Positions 18,353-28,007 of a stretch of DNA of 35,348 nt are shown in pieces. The translations under genes were made by a program, and so were the position numbers. Source of the DNA: a virus (taxonomy: Duplodnaviria > Caudoviricetes); the IMG/VR virus record IMGVR_UViG_3300034073_003797, positions 1 through 35,348 of that record, one strand, 5' to 3'. Position 1 is the first letter of the stretch. Each line of letters opens with the position of its first letter. Under the pieces are notes generated by a model. That model searched no databases and had not been told where the DNA came from. It saw nothing but the letters and a program-made list of their open reading frames with translations.

Positions 18353-18945
18353 TAGATAATGAGACATATAAACTATTAGAAAATAATTACCATAAAGAAG
18401 TTTATGATAAAACACAAATAATAATAGGACATACTGGTCAAAATGATATGTTACATTATAATGGTTGGGTTTATAGGTTAAACGGTAAGAACAAAAAAAC
18501 CGCGACATTTACAATAACAAAAAACGGAAAAATATACCAACACTATAATCCTATATATTATTCTTCTTTCGTAGACAATCAACAAGATAAAGCCTCAATA
18601 TCAATAGTTTTAGAAAATTTAGGTTGGTTTAAAAAAGATTCTATGATTGGTAGATATGTTGATTGGTTAGGTAACAATTACAAAAAAAATAACGAAGAAG
18701 TTTTATGTAAACGTTGGCGTAATTATACATATTGGGATCTTTACACTAATGAACAAATAATATCATTAAAAAATTTGGTGGTAAAGCTTTGTGAAAATTA
18801 TGATATTTCTAAAAATTTTATTGGCCACAACGTTTTTGATGACAATGTTGACCTATTTAAAGGTATAACCTTTAGAAGTAATTACCACCAAGAGTCTACT
18901 GACGTAAGTCCGGCTTTTGACATGGAAATATTAAAAAACATATAA
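18343..18945 (+). CDS. N-acetylmuramoyl-L-alanine amidase-like (Amidase_2 fold)
   Basis: QIIIGHT, F.I.K.GKIYQ, SISIVLEN.G, YT.EQI.SL..L...L, DVSPAFD. Confidence 0.7.
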   Translation: MVLIDNETYKLLENNYHKEVYDKTQIIIGHTGQNDMLHYNGWVYRLNGKNKKTATFTITKNGKIYQHYNPIYYSSFVDNQQDKASISIVLENLGWFKKDSMIGRYVDWLGNNYKKNNEEVLCKRWRNYTYWDLYTNEQIISLKNLVVKLCENYDISKNFIGHNVFDDNVDLFKGITFRSNYHQESTDVSPAFDMEILKNI

Positions 18946-18946
18946 A

Positions 18947-19459
18947 ATGAAAACACAAAAAAAGGATGACATTAGAGAACTTTTAGGTAGAATTAGAAAG
19001 TTACAAAACGAAAATCAGCAAATAGGTTTAACAAGTTTCGCTGATGGTAAAAAAATTATTAAAGAACAAAACATTAGACTTTTAAAAGAAGAAGAATTTC
19101 AAGATATAACACCAGAAGAACAAAGAGAGGAGGAAAACAAGTTTAAAGATACTGTGTCTAAATTGGTTAAGTTTGAAAAAATGAAAGTTTACCGTCAAAA
19201 TGTTGAATGGTCTGGCCAACTTGTACGTGAAAAAATAAAATGGGTTTTTTCATTAAACGAGAGTAACGGATGTTACATCTCAATAGAATCCCAAGACATG
19301 TTACAGTTAACCATGGAAGTAATTGAGACACTCAAAAAACTTAAAGGTTATTACGATGTATGGTCTGATGAATGGAGTGCTAGATTAACAGGTACAACCA
19401 CAGAAGAAGGTGGTGAAGAAGGGGGTACCGAAGTACCAGAAGGGGGTTTTGGGGAGTGA
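18947..19459 (+). CDS. Hypothetical protein (acidic, Gly-rich tail)
   Basis: 170 aa ORF in operon. Confidence 0.75.
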   Translation: MKTQKKDDIRELLGRIRKLQNENQQIGLTSFADGKKIIKEQNIRLLKEEEFQDITPEEQREEENKFKDTVSKLVKFEKMKVYRQNVEWSGQLVREKIKWVFSLNESNGCYISIESQDMLQLTMEVIETLKKLKGYYDVWSDEWSARLTGTTTEEGGEEGGTEVPEGGFGE

Positions 19460-20250
19460 TGAAAGATAAATTCAATTCAATACTTTTAGTTATCTTATTG
19501 TTGGTGATAATATTTTTAACTTGGCGAATTAATAATATTGAAAAAAACAATGAAGATGCACAAGATGCTTTAAAAAAATCTATTATAATGAACGATTCTT
19601 TAACTAAAGAAGCTGATGGTAGGTACGCTAAATTAGTTAATTATTACAATACAGAAAAAGATTTAAAATCTGAACTTAAAAAAAGTAATGAAAAATTATA
19701 CGATGTTATTAAAAAAGAAGATGAAAAACTCCTCAGTTTAACAAAAGCAGTATTGTCATTAGAAAACGCTGTAATTGAAGGTATCGGTAAAATAGATCCC
19801 ATAGATAGTAATAAAATTAATTTAGTATTAAGGTATCCTAATGATAAAAACTCTTTTATTAATTGGTATGGTAGTGTAGATAAAAAAACTGCTTTTTATA
19901 AGGGTGAATGGAATTTTGGTAAGTTACCTTTACAAATTGTTTTAACTGAAGAAGAAAACGGTATATGGAAGTCAAGACTAGTTGGCCCCGAATGGTTAAA
20001 AGTAGATTCTATGACAATTAATAGTTTACCCCCGAAAGATTTTTCTGGTAATGAACTAGGAAAGCTTCAATTTTTTGTAGGAGGCGGTTATATTAGATCA
20101 TTATCCGATGGACCAAACGGTGTTAGCATAGGTGGGGGTCTAAGTATAAACGGTTACCATAATTTACTTTTACAAGCAACAACAAATAAAGAAGTAAGTT
20201 TAAATTATTTTTATAATTTTCAAAAAAAGAAAAAAAAGAAGAAAAAATGA
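19456..20250 (+). CDS. N-anchored membrane protein with coiled coil and beta-rich C-terminus (spanin-like candidate)
   Basis: ILLVILLLVIIFLTW TM, coiled coil, C-terminal FFVGGGY/VSIGGGL beta strands. Confidence 0.55.
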   Translation: MMKDKFNSILLVILLLVIIFLTWRINNIEKNNEDAQDALKKSIIMNDSLTKEADGRYAKLVNYYNTEKDLKSELKKSNEKLYDVIKKEDEKLLSLTKAVLSLENAVIEGIGKIDPIDSNKINLVLRYPNDKNSFINWYGSVDKKTAFYKGEWNFGKLPLQIVLTEEENGIWKSRLVGPEWLKVDSMTINSLPPKDFSGNELGKLQFFVGGGYIRSLSDGPNGVSIGGGLSINGYHNLLLQATTNKEVSLNYFYNFQKKKKKKKK

Positions 20251-20561
20251 GCAGTCAAATTGAAAAATTATTACAAGAAATAAAAAACAACAATAACAAA
20301 GAAATTGTTTTATACACAATGGAACATTGTCCTGCTTGTAAAGAATTGAAGAAAAAACTTGACCATTTAAATATCACTTATGAAAATGTTGAAATGGAAG
20401 GTAACGAAAAAATGTGGGAATGGCTTAAGGAAAAAGGTGGTAAGGATTATGTACCACAAGTTAACATTGAAGGTAAAATTTTAAATGAATTTGACGAAAT
20501 AAATGATTTAATTAGTATGGTGATTAGTGAAATGATTGGTAGAAGAATAATTATAAAATAA
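20247..20561 (+). CDS. Glutaredoxin
   Basis: LYTMEHCPAC, YVPQV. Confidence 0.85.
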   Translation: MSSQIEKLLQEIKNNNNKEIVLYTMEHCPACKELKKKLDHLNITYENVEMEGNEKMWEWLKEKGGKDYVPQVNIEGKILNEFDEINDLISMVISEMIGRRIIIK

Positions 20562-20643
20562 AGTTATGAAAAAAAAATTTTGTATTTTGATAAGTAAATT
20601 AACCTTTGGAAAATTTTGTTTCAAATGGTGTAAACTTTAATTT

Positions 20644-20671
20644 AAAAACCACCCCTTCAGGTGGTTTTTTT
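20644..20671 (+). terminator. Intrinsic terminator
   Basis: AAAAACCACC-ccttca-GGTGGTTTTTTT. Confidence 0.85.
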
Positions 20672-20739
20672 ATGCTATGACGATATTTATTGAAAAAGTG
20701 TATATACACTAATAACAAAATAATTTAAAAAAACCCAAA

Positions 20740-20898
20740 ATGGCCAAGAGAGTATTAAGGTATACAGAAGAAGAGTTTGTAACTCTTTTAGAGAACATTG
20801 TTAATAAAGTTAAAGCGGAAGAAAAACGTATTAACGAATCTAAATTAAGAAATGACAGAAGAAAAAACCTAAACGAAAGATTTAAATCTTTAAAATAA
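20740..20898 (+). CDS. Small hypothetical protein (52 aa)
   Basis: MAKRVLRYTEEEFVTLLENIVNKVK...FKSLK*; not in the ORF track; downstream of GATATTTAT at 20682. Confidence 0.65.
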   Translation: MAKRVLRYTEEEFVTLLENIVNKVKAEEKRINESKLRNDRRKNLNERFKSLK

Positions 20899-20908
20899 TT
20901 TTTGTAAA

Positions 20909-21193
20909 ATGGATAGAATTAGGATTAAAAATTTAATTAAAGAAGAGTTAAATGCATCTGACGAGGCAAGAATTAAAAAACTTGCTCGCGACGAATTTGA
21001 CAAAGAAATTAAAAAACACCTATCAAGTTCACAACTAGAAAAAAAAGTAAAAGAACTTGTTATATCTAATCTTAAAAACCATAAAGCAACACAAAAAGAA
21101 ATTGCTTCAATTACAAAAGAGGTTTTAGTTAAACTATATAAAACTCTTTGGACAAGAAAAGGGTTCTGGAGTAACGGTTTAGAAAACATTTAA
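20909..21193 (+). CDS. Hypothetical protein
   Basis: 94 aa; IKNLIKEEL N-terminal motif. Confidence 0.75.
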   Translation: MDRIRIKNLIKEELNASDEARIKKLARDEFDKEIKKHLSSSQLEKKVKELVISNLKNHKATQKEIASITKEVLVKLYKTLWTRKGFWSNGLENI

Positions 21194-22758
21194 TGAACAC
21201 ACAAAAAGACCCACAAGCAAAAGAAGGTATGAGAGTTAAAATAATCTCCATGGTTGACGATCCAAACCCAATACCTAAAGACACTTTAGGTACAATATCT
21301 TTAATTGATGATGCGGGTGTTATTCATGTTAATTGGGATAACGGTAGAAGACTTGGTATGATACCTGGTGTTGATGAGTATATTTTAGAACCTGATTTAG
21401 AAAATGTGTTTGACAAACTTAGTGAACAGGATAGTGGTAAAATTGCTATTAAAAATGATATTAAAAAAACACCTAGTGTTGTAAGCAAATCAATGCCAAA
21501 ACCAACAAAGATGTCTTCTAATGTTAAAAGTTCATTAAAATCTTCAGGTATTAAAACAGATAAAGTAACAAAAAATTTTAAATCAGCTAATATCTCTGAC
21601 ATTAAAGTTGAGTCTGAAGAAGATATTGATTATATGACTGGTGCCGGTGGTGCTGCAACAGGGGCCGCAAGTTCTTCAGGGGCTTACGTTGGTCCTATGG
21701 GAGCGACAAAACCAACATTTGGTAAGGGTCCTTTAACTAAAGATAAAGGTGTGACTAAACCAGGTCCATTACACCCAAAGAATGAAAATATTTTTACCAA
21801 AGCCGATTTAATTAGTGAAATTACCAACTCAGACGAAAGTGGTTGGTATGATGATACAAGGTTTGAAGCTTGGGCAGATAAAAACAAAGATGGTTGGCGT
21901 TGGAACGATACTCCGGCTTATCACAAAGAAGGTGTTATTATTGATCCTCTAACAAAAATATCTGCGACTTGGGATGATGACAATCTTGATATATCTAAAA
22001 AATGGGGTGCCTACCAAGACAAAATTAAAAAAGAAAATGTTTTTAAAATAGTTAAAAAACTTCTTAACGAATCAATAGAAAATATTTTTTTAGATAATGA
22101 TGGGGATGGGTTAGTCAAGGGTAGTAATTATGTTTACAAAGGCAAAGTATCAAAAAAATCGGGTACACCTACTACAAGTGACGATGAAGAATCTACTGTC
22201 GATGTTAAATTAACAAAATGTACTAAAGATACATGTTATTTTGAAGTTTTGGATGATGATATAAAAAAAAGGGGTTTTAACACAATCACTTTAAATTTAT
22301 TAGACAAAGAACCTAATAAAACAAAAAAGCATGTTTTTAAAAAAAATATAGAAGAGACAACAACTTTTAATTCTGTTTTTGGTTCTGGGTTTCCTGTTGT
22401 ACCAGCTTTTGCGGCTAAAAAGGGTCAATGGAAGACAGCTAAAAAACCAATATGGAAAGGTGGTAAAATAGTACAACAAGTTGAAAATTCCGGTATGTTA
22501 AATCCAATAAATGAAGTAAATACCGTTAAATACAATAAAGGTGGTAAGTTTGTTAAAATAAAAAAGAAGTGTACAAAATTTCCTTATTGTAGTCAAGGTG
22601 CTTTAGATAAACCTTTAGAAGTTTCAACTAAGGTGTCTGAACCAGGTAGTTACGTAGAAGAACAATTGATGAAAAATATTCATGAAGTTGCTAAAATGAC
22701 CGGTAAATCATTTCAAGAAGTATATAATATCGTTAAGAATAAAACATTTATAAAATAA
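21193..22758 (+). CDS. DUF4314-like N-terminal domain protein with long low-complexity body (probable virion-associated)
   Basis: GMRVKIISM.DDPNPIP..TLGTI..IDDAG.IHVNWDNGRRLGMIPGVD; Gly/Ala/Ser linker; CTKFPYC.QG motif. Confidence 0.7.
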   Translation: MNTQKDPQAKEGMRVKIISMVDDPNPIPKDTLGTISLIDDAGVIHVNWDNGRRLGMIPGVDEYILEPDLENVFDKLSEQDSGKIAIKNDIKKTPSVVSKSMPKPTKMSSNVKSSLKSSGIKTDKVTKNFKSANISDIKVESEEDIDYMTGAGGAATGAASSSGAYVGPMGATKPTFGKGPLTKDKGVTKPGPLHPKNENIFTKADLISEITNSDESGWYDDTRFEAWADKNKDGWRWNDTPAYHKEGVIIDPLTKISATWDDDNLDISKKWGAYQDKIKKENVFKIVKKLLNESIENIFLDNDGDGLVKGSNYVYKGKVSKKSGTPTTSDDEESTVDVKLTKCTKDTCYFEVLDDDIKKRGFNTITLNLLDKEPNKTKKHVFKKNIEETTTFNSVFGSGFPVVPAFAAKKGQWKTAKKPIWKGGKIVQQVENSGMLNPINEVNTVKYNKGGKFVKIKKKCTKFPYCSQGALDKPLEVSTKVSEPGSYVEEQLMKNIHEVAKMTGKSFQEVYNIVKNKTFIK

Positions 22759-22765
22759 AATAAAG

Positions 22766-23707
22766 ATGTCAAAATTAAATAAAATAATCAAAAACGATCT
22801 TGAAAATCTTTTGGAAACTAAAGGTTTTGAAGATATGGAGGTTGCTTTCGGTGTTAAACATAAAAGTGATAATTTATCTGACGCTGAAAAAAACCAATTT
22901 GGTCCAATGGGGCAATTAAAAACTTCCGAGGGTGGAAGTTTTACTAATCCTAAAGTACCTGGAACTAAAGAAGTTGAAAAGGCAAATATCCAAGGGGGCA
23001 AGGATGCTCAAGCATACTATAAAGAAGTGGCTAAGAAAATTAAAGACTACCAAAAACCAAACGATAGTGAAAAATTTGTTGAACCAAAAGTGCCTACAAA
23101 TACCGATAATGAAGATGAAAGAGTTAAGACGACAGGTTATGATGTAGGTGTTAGTGGTATGGAGGTAGTGTCCGATATGGCTGAAAAAGAAGGTGGTTCT
23201 GAGGCTGATAAGAAAAAATATAAAGAAAGATTAGATAAGCTTAATGGTAATGACAAAACTCACCAAAAACTTAAAAAGAATGCTAATAAAACAAATGTTA
23301 TGAAGTATGATAAGGATGCCAGAAACGGTAGACCTGTAAGAAATTCAGATTCTAGACAACCAGAACAACCGGAAAAGAAAAATGAAAACGTTTTTAAAAC
23401 TAAAGGTAAGTTAGTTTCAGAAGAACAAGTTATTAAGTTAGCAAATAAAGTTCCTACAAGAATTAAAATAGATGAAACTAAATTTGAAATAACTGATGGT
23501 GAAAATACTTATAAATTAATTTGGGAAGGGGATACAAAAACAGGTGAGCCCATTATTACAAATTATAAAAACAATAAGTTAGTAAATGAAGACATAGAAA
23601 AAATGAAATATCTATGGGGTTTTAAACCTAAAGAAGAAAAAAAGATTGTTAAAGAAGAGGCTGAAGAAACATTTAAAAAAATGTTTAGACAAGTTAAAAG
23701 AAAATAA
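22766..23707 (+). CDS. Hypothetical protein (probable virion-associated)
   Basis: 313 aa charged ORF; LVNEDIEKMKYL.GF motif. Confidence 0.75.
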   Translation: MSKLNKIIKNDLENLLETKGFEDMEVAFGVKHKSDNLSDAEKNQFGPMGQLKTSEGGSFTNPKVPGTKEVEKANIQGGKDAQAYYKEVAKKIKDYQKPNDSEKFVEPKVPTNTDNEDERVKTTGYDVGVSGMEVVSDMAEKEGGSEADKKKYKERLDKLNGNDKTHQKLKKNANKTNVMKYDKDARNGRPVRNSDSRQPEQPEKKNENVFKTKGKLVSEEQVIKLANKVPTRIKIDETKFEITDGENTYKLIWEGDTKTGEPIITNYKNNKLVNEDIEKMKYLWGFKPKEEKKIVKEEAEETFKKMFRQVKRK

Positions 23708-23709
23708 TT

Positions 23710-23735
23710 AAAACCCCTCACTAGAGGGGTTTTTT
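23710..23735 (+). terminator. Intrinsic terminator
   Basis: AAAACCCCTC-acta-GAGGGGTTTTTT. Confidence 0.85.
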
Positions 23736-23777
23736 ATTTAACTTAATATTTATTTAAAAATAATAAGTTTTATATTT

Positions 23778-24248
23778 TTGATAATGAAAGGAAAACTACA
23801 TACGATAGATTTCATAGAATACATTTCAAAACCAATGAAGAAAGAAGATATTTTATTAATGTATAGAATAAATAACATAATACCTGAACGTAGTAGTTTA
23901 TATTTAGATTTTTCACATTCTTTATTTGATTTAGTTGTAAATACATATATGGGTGATGAACTAATGAATAGTCAAACCATTAAAGAGCATTTTGATTGGT
24001 GTTGGAAAAAAACAATAGATTCTTTTAAGAAAGAACGGGTTTACATTAGTAGTACAGAATTATATAATTATTTTTTAACACTTTTTTTAGAATCTTTTTA
24101 CAACGAATCTGATAAATCCGAAAAAAATATTAATAAAATTTTAGAGTTTTGGCAGGATGTATTTAAATATTCTACAAATAAAACTTTGTCTGAAATTGAG
24201 ACTTTTATTGATTTATACAAAATTTTTGATAAATCTCTAAATAATTAG
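23778..24248 (+). CDS. Hypothetical protein
   Basis: 156 aa ORF (likely true start ATG 23784). Confidence 0.75.
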   Translation: MIMKGKLHTIDFIEYISKPMKKEDILLMYRINNIIPERSSLYLDFSHSLFDLVVNTYMGDELMNSQTIKEHFDWCWKKTIDSFKKERVYISSTELYNYFLTLFLESFYNESDKSEKNINKILEFWQDVFKYSTNKTLSEIETFIDLYKIFDKSLNN

Positions 24249-24298
24249 TATTTAGTTTTTAAAATAAACCCATTATTTTTTTACTAATTAAAATTTTT

Positions 24299-24535
24299 AT
24301 GGATAAAAGAGTTTTAGATCTTGTTAGTACAAAATACATCACAAAAAAGTTGGAAGCAGAAATTGACCTTGAAAAGTTGATTAATGAATCACCCAAAGAA
24401 ATTACGTCCAATCAATTGGCTGAATTAATCATGGGTAAAATTAAAATCTTAAGAAATGTTTCTGCCGAACACCAAATGTGGGAAAGTATTTTATCACAAC
24501 TAACCAAACCCGAAGAAAGGGAAAATAATAAATAA
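24299..24535 (+). CDS. Hypothetical protein
   Basis: 78 aa helical ORF. Confidence 0.7.
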   Translation: MDKRVLDLVSTKYITKKLEAEIDLEKLINESPKEITSNQLAELIMGKIKILRNVSAEHQMWESILSQLTKPEERENNK

Positions 24536-24551
24536 ATAAAAATAAACAAAA

Positions 24552-24740
24552 ATGAAAGAAAACAGTTTAGACAAAATGAAAGCTTTGGTTTCAGAATTTG
24601 AAGCAGATTTTACAAAATTTTCAGAAAAAGGTAACAAAGCAGCCGGTACTCGTGCTAGAAAAGCTTTACAAGAAATTAGAAATCTTGCGAAAGATATCAG
24701 AACCGAAATTAGTGATGCTAAAAAGAAAACTGCAGCTTAA
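24552..24740 (+). CDS. Histone H1-like (Hc1-type) small DNA-binding protein
   Basis: EKGNKAAGTRARKALQEI signature. Confidence 0.85.
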   Translation: MKENSLDKMKALVSEFEADFTKFSEKGNKAAGTRARKALQEIRNLAKDIRTEISDAKKKTAA

Positions 24741-24946
24741 TGATTGAAATTCTCATAAATAAAACTCTATACGTATTGTTTTTTATGTCGATATTAAATG
24801 TATTAAGACATACTTGGAAGGTTTTTTCTATAGTGAGAAATGAAGATGTCCCTAATAAGTATGAGCTCTCAAAACAAGAGCTCATATTTTTAGGTTTATC
24901 TGTCGCTTATGTTTTAACAACAATTTTTACAAAAATAACCATATAA
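24740..24946 (+). CDS. Small 2-TM membrane protein
   Basis: Two hydrophobic segments, TAATG-coupled. Confidence 0.65.
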   Translation: MIEILINKTLYVLFFMSILNVLRHTWKVFSIVRNEDVPNKYELSKQELIFLGLSVAYVLTTIFTKITI

Positions 24947-24954
24947 ATTTTAAT

Positions 24955-25377
24955 ATGATACAAGAACGTTTTAATGAATTACAACCTTACCTGAGAGGTG
25001 TAAAATTAGCAGGTGAATTTTCAGTTGTTGAGTGTATTTTAAAAAATACATGGAAGATTGATGGCGTAATTGCCACAGGAATTCAATATAAATCAGGGAA
25101 GGAATCAGAAGACCATAAAGGTTATGTTTCACATATGTTTTGGGGGGAGGATTCTATCGATAATTTGATTAATGCTTTAGAAGTTGTCATCAACACTAAT
25201 ATTGAAAATGAACAAAAACAAGCACTTCTTCGTTCAAAAGTAGAAGAACTTAAAAAAATGTTTGAAGATAAATCTCTTGATGAATTAAAAGGTTTAAAAT
25301 TTAGTTCAGAAATGGATGTGACGTTAAAAGTTAAAACCCCAGAACCACATAAAAATGGCACTACCGAAAAAGTTTAA
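24955..25377 (+). CDS. Hypothetical protein
   Basis: 140 aa ORF. Confidence 0.75.
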   Translation: MIQERFNELQPYLRGVKLAGEFSVVECILKNTWKIDGVIATGIQYKSGKESEDHKGYVSHMFWGEDSIDNLINALEVVINTNIENEQKQALLRSKVEELKKMFEDKSLDELKGLKFSSEMDVTLKVKTPEPHKNGTTEKV

Positions 25378-25702
25378 TGAAACAGTTAACTTTAAAAACA
25401 GGGTTGAATCATTAAATGATTTAATTTATTACTCTGTAAAGTACGATTATAAACTAACAGAAGGTTATAAAGATTATTTAAATAATGAATTTGATATTGG
25501 TGGTGAAATTACTGGATATAAAGAAGTTTCAGCTTTAAATGAAGAACAAGCAAAATCTAAAGTAGAAAATTGGTTTAATGTTTTAATTAAAAATAAAATT
25601 TTGGAGAGTTACGAAATTAAATCAGAAGAAATCAAAAATCTCTATGAGACTTTAAGAGATAAAAAAATACTTAATATTTTAAAATTTAAAAACCCTCAAT
25701 AA
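25355..25702 (+). CDS. Hypothetical protein
   Basis: 115 aa ORF. Confidence 0.7.
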   Translation: MALPKKFNETVNFKNRVESLNDLIYYSVKYDYKLTEGYKDYLNNEFDIGGEITGYKEVSALNEEQAKSKVENWFNVLIKNKILESYEIKSEEIKNLYETLRDKKILNILKFKNPQ

Positions 25703-25714
25703 AGAGGGTTTTTT
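25688..25714. terminator. Bidirectional intrinsic terminator
   Basis: AAAAACCCTC-aataaa-GAGGGTTTTTT between convergent genes. Confidence 0.85.
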
Positions 25715-25715
25715 A

Positions 25716-26276
25716 TTATTCCACAAATTTGTCCCATTGGTCAGATTTGATTTTATTTAAGTAAAAAGAATCGATACGACCCATTTTTTTTAATCTACGA
25801 CCCCACTCTTCAAAATCACCAAAATGCTCTAATCTATCATCCCACAATTCAACTTCACGAATTTTTGGGTACTTATCTAATAGATTCATTAAATGTTGAA
25901 TCTTATTACTTAAAGTACTACCACCGCGATTAAAAAGATAGTGTTCAAAATAGTATCCCCTGTCATTAACAATTTGTTTAACTAAATTATCTTGTTTTTG
26001 TATACGACCTGTTAACAACACCGTTACAGTATTAGGGTCATTAACTTCTTTTTGGTAATCATTAAAAACTTCTTTAACGACAGGCATATCCCAAACATCC
26101 GTGTCTAAAGACTCGTTGCGTCCCCACCAACCAAGATAAGGCCAAGGTTTACCGTAATAATTAGCCCATTTTTGTTTGTTTTCAGGAGATCCAATAGGCG
26201 TCTCAACCAAGGTCCCATCAAAATCAAATACCGAAAGCTTTCTTTTTTCCATTAAAATCTTATTTTTACTGTACAA
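25716..26276 (-). CDS. HAD phosphatase, Swiss-Army-Knife RNA-repair-like type (true start probably MEKRKL, about 26252)
   Basis: VFDFDGTLVETP, GWWGRNESL, LLTGR, K, ELWDDRLEH. Confidence 0.75.
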   Translation of the reverse strand: MYSKNKILMEKRKLSVFDFDGTLVETPIGSPENKQKWANYYGKPWPYLGWWGRNESLDTDVWDMPVVKEVFNDYQKEVNDPNTVTVLLTGRIQKQDNLVKQIVNDRGYYFEHYLFNRGGSTLSNKIQHLMNLLDKYPKIREVELWDDRLEHFGDFEEWGRRLKKMGRIDSFYLNKIKSDQWDKFVE

Positions 26277-26303
26277 ATATAAATATTTTAAAACTTATAA
26301 TCT

Positions 26304-26675
26304 ATGAAATTAATAATTTTTCTTTTAATCGCTTACGGAATTTGTAATATAATTGTTTTTGGTTCCATTTTTAAAGGTTGGCGTGATTTTTGGTCTACCT
26401 TTAGCCCTAAGTTTTGGGGTATGTTATTTACCTGTATGATTTGTCTACCTACTTGGGTTGGTTTTTTAGGTTCTATGTTGGTTTGGTCCCCGTCCGAATA
26501 CTATCAAATAGTAACTGAAGGATTAAATCTTGGGTTTTTTACAATCCCAAAAGGGTTAATATCAGTTTTTCTTGACGGTTGTTTAACTTCTGGAGCTGTT
26601 TGGTTAATACATTCTTTCCAAGAAATGATGGAAAGACACTTTGACATTCAAAAATCAGATGAACCAGGTTTATAG
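26304..26675 (+). CDS. DUF1360-like membrane protein
   Basis: GSIF...R....LFTCMICLPTWVG pattern, 3 TM. Confidence 0.6.
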   Translation: MKLIIFLLIAYGICNIIVFGSIFKGWRDFWSTFSPKFWGMLFTCMICLPTWVGFLGSMLVWSPSEYYQIVTEGLNLGFFTIPKGLISVFLDGCLTSGAVWLIHSFQEMMERHFDIQKSDEPGL

Positions 26676-26713
26676 TTCTTTACATATTAAAAAAAATTAA
26701 ATATAATTGTTTT

Positions 26714-27073
26714 ATGAAAAAATATCTTACACTTAAAAATTTAGGTTGGGTTTTTACTACTGTTGTATCATTAATGGTATTAATGAGTGGATTACCCAAA
26801 ATTATCGGCACTGAAGAAGTTATTAAAAACTTTACATCTATGAATCTCCTTCCTTATATGGGTTTGGTTGGTTTGATGGAAGTTGCTGGTGTTGGGTTAC
26901 TTGTCTACCCTAAAACTTCTGTCTATGGTGCTTTACTTATATCCACTGTAATGGCAGGAGCTGCATCAATTCACCTTTCACTTATGGGTGGTGTTGGTTT
27001 GATAATGCCAACTATTGTTGGTTCATTAGCTTGGGCAGGGCACTGTTTACGTACTTATCGTCGTAAAAAGTAA
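26714..27073 (+). CDS. DoxX-family membrane protein
   Basis: MSG..K, G..EV.G..LL.YPKT...GA.L....M.GA...H. Confidence 0.8.
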   Translation: MKKYLTLKNLGWVFTTVVSLMVLMSGLPKIIGTEEVIKNFTSMNLLPYMGLVGLMEVAGVGLLVYPKTSVYGALLISTVMAGAASIHLSLMGGVGLIMPTIVGSLAWAGHCLRTYRRKK

Positions 27074-27091
27074 AAAAACTTAAAATTTTTT

Positions 27092-27116
27092 AAACCCCAC
27101 ATGTGTGGGGTTTTTT
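27092..27116 (+). terminator. Intrinsic terminator
   Basis: AAACCCCAC-atgt-GTGGGGTTTTTT. Confidence 0.85.
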
Positions 27117-27134
27117 ATTTGATATTTATTATAT

Positions 27135-27578
27135 ATGAGAAAAGAATATCAGTCAGTTGGAATTATTATTGTAGCTAAAGACACTAATAAATTTTTAATG
27201 TTACACCGCGTTAATTACCCAATTACTTGGTCTGCTTTGGCAGGTGGTATGGAAAAGGGGGAGGATCCAATCCAAACTGTTAAAAGAGAAATAAAAGAGG
27301 AAATAGGGGTTAACCCGAGTATGGTTAAAGATATAGAAATAGTGGGTACATCTAACGCTATGGGTCACACACATTACGTCATGGTAGGTTTTGTGAATAA
27401 ACAATTTGAAATACCCAACTTGCAAATAGAAGAAAATGATAATTACGGTTGGTTTACGGAAGAAAATTTACCTAAACCTTTACACCCAGGTTTTATAAAG
27501 TCTTTAAATATGATAAAACCTTTATTAAATTTAAGAGAAAATATTAAAAAGGTTTTAAATAATTTTTTAAATGAGTAG
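27135..27578 (+). CDS. NUDIX hydrolase
   Basis: GGMEKGEDPIQTVKREIKEEIGV Nudix box. Confidence 0.92.
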   Translation: MRKEYQSVGIIIVAKDTNKFLMLHRVNYPITWSALAGGMEKGEDPIQTVKREIKEEIGVNPSMVKDIEIVGTSNAMGHTHYVMVGFVNKQFEIPNLQIEENDNYGWFTEENLPKPLHPGFIKSLNMIKPLLNLRENIKKVLNNFLNE

Positions 27579-27759
27579 GGATTTAATTAAAGACGAACAA
27601 CGTAAGATGCGACAAGATATTGTTGCAACTGAAATTAAAAAAGAAAATTTTATTAAAGAAATGGTTGATGGTTTGGGTAATGAAATATTACAAGAACCTA
27701 ATAAAATACAAACTGTCAAAAAAATAACTTTTTGGGATAAAATAAAAAAATTGTTTTAA
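27571..27759 (+). CDS. Hypothetical protein
   Basis: 62 aa, amphipathic FWDKIKKLF C-terminus. Confidence 0.7.
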   Translation: MSRDLIKDEQRKMRQDIVATEIKKENFIKEMVDGLGNEILQEPNKIQTVKKITFWDKIKKLF

Positions 27760-28007
27760 TGGAAAAATTAGTTTATAAAATGGTTTCTTTAAAAGAGTAT
27801 GTTGATTTTGCTATTTCTTTAAAAGAAATGGATGAGGTTAAAAAAGGATTTCCCGTACCGAACACAATTACTTTTTCTTTAGATAAAAAAAATCACGAAT
27901 CTTTACAAAAAGAAGTTTTACGTGAAAAAAATATGCCAATGATAGATTTAGTAGATGAATTTGAATTGGAATTATACGGAATTATATTCAAGTTCGTTTC
28001 CAAATGA
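27759..28007 (+). CDS. Hypothetical protein
   Basis: 82 aa, translationally coupled on both sides. Confidence 0.7.
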   Translation: MEKLVYKMVSLKEYVDFAISLKEMDEVKKGFPVPNTITFSLDKKNHESLQKEVLREKNMPMIDLVDEFELELYGIIFKFVSK

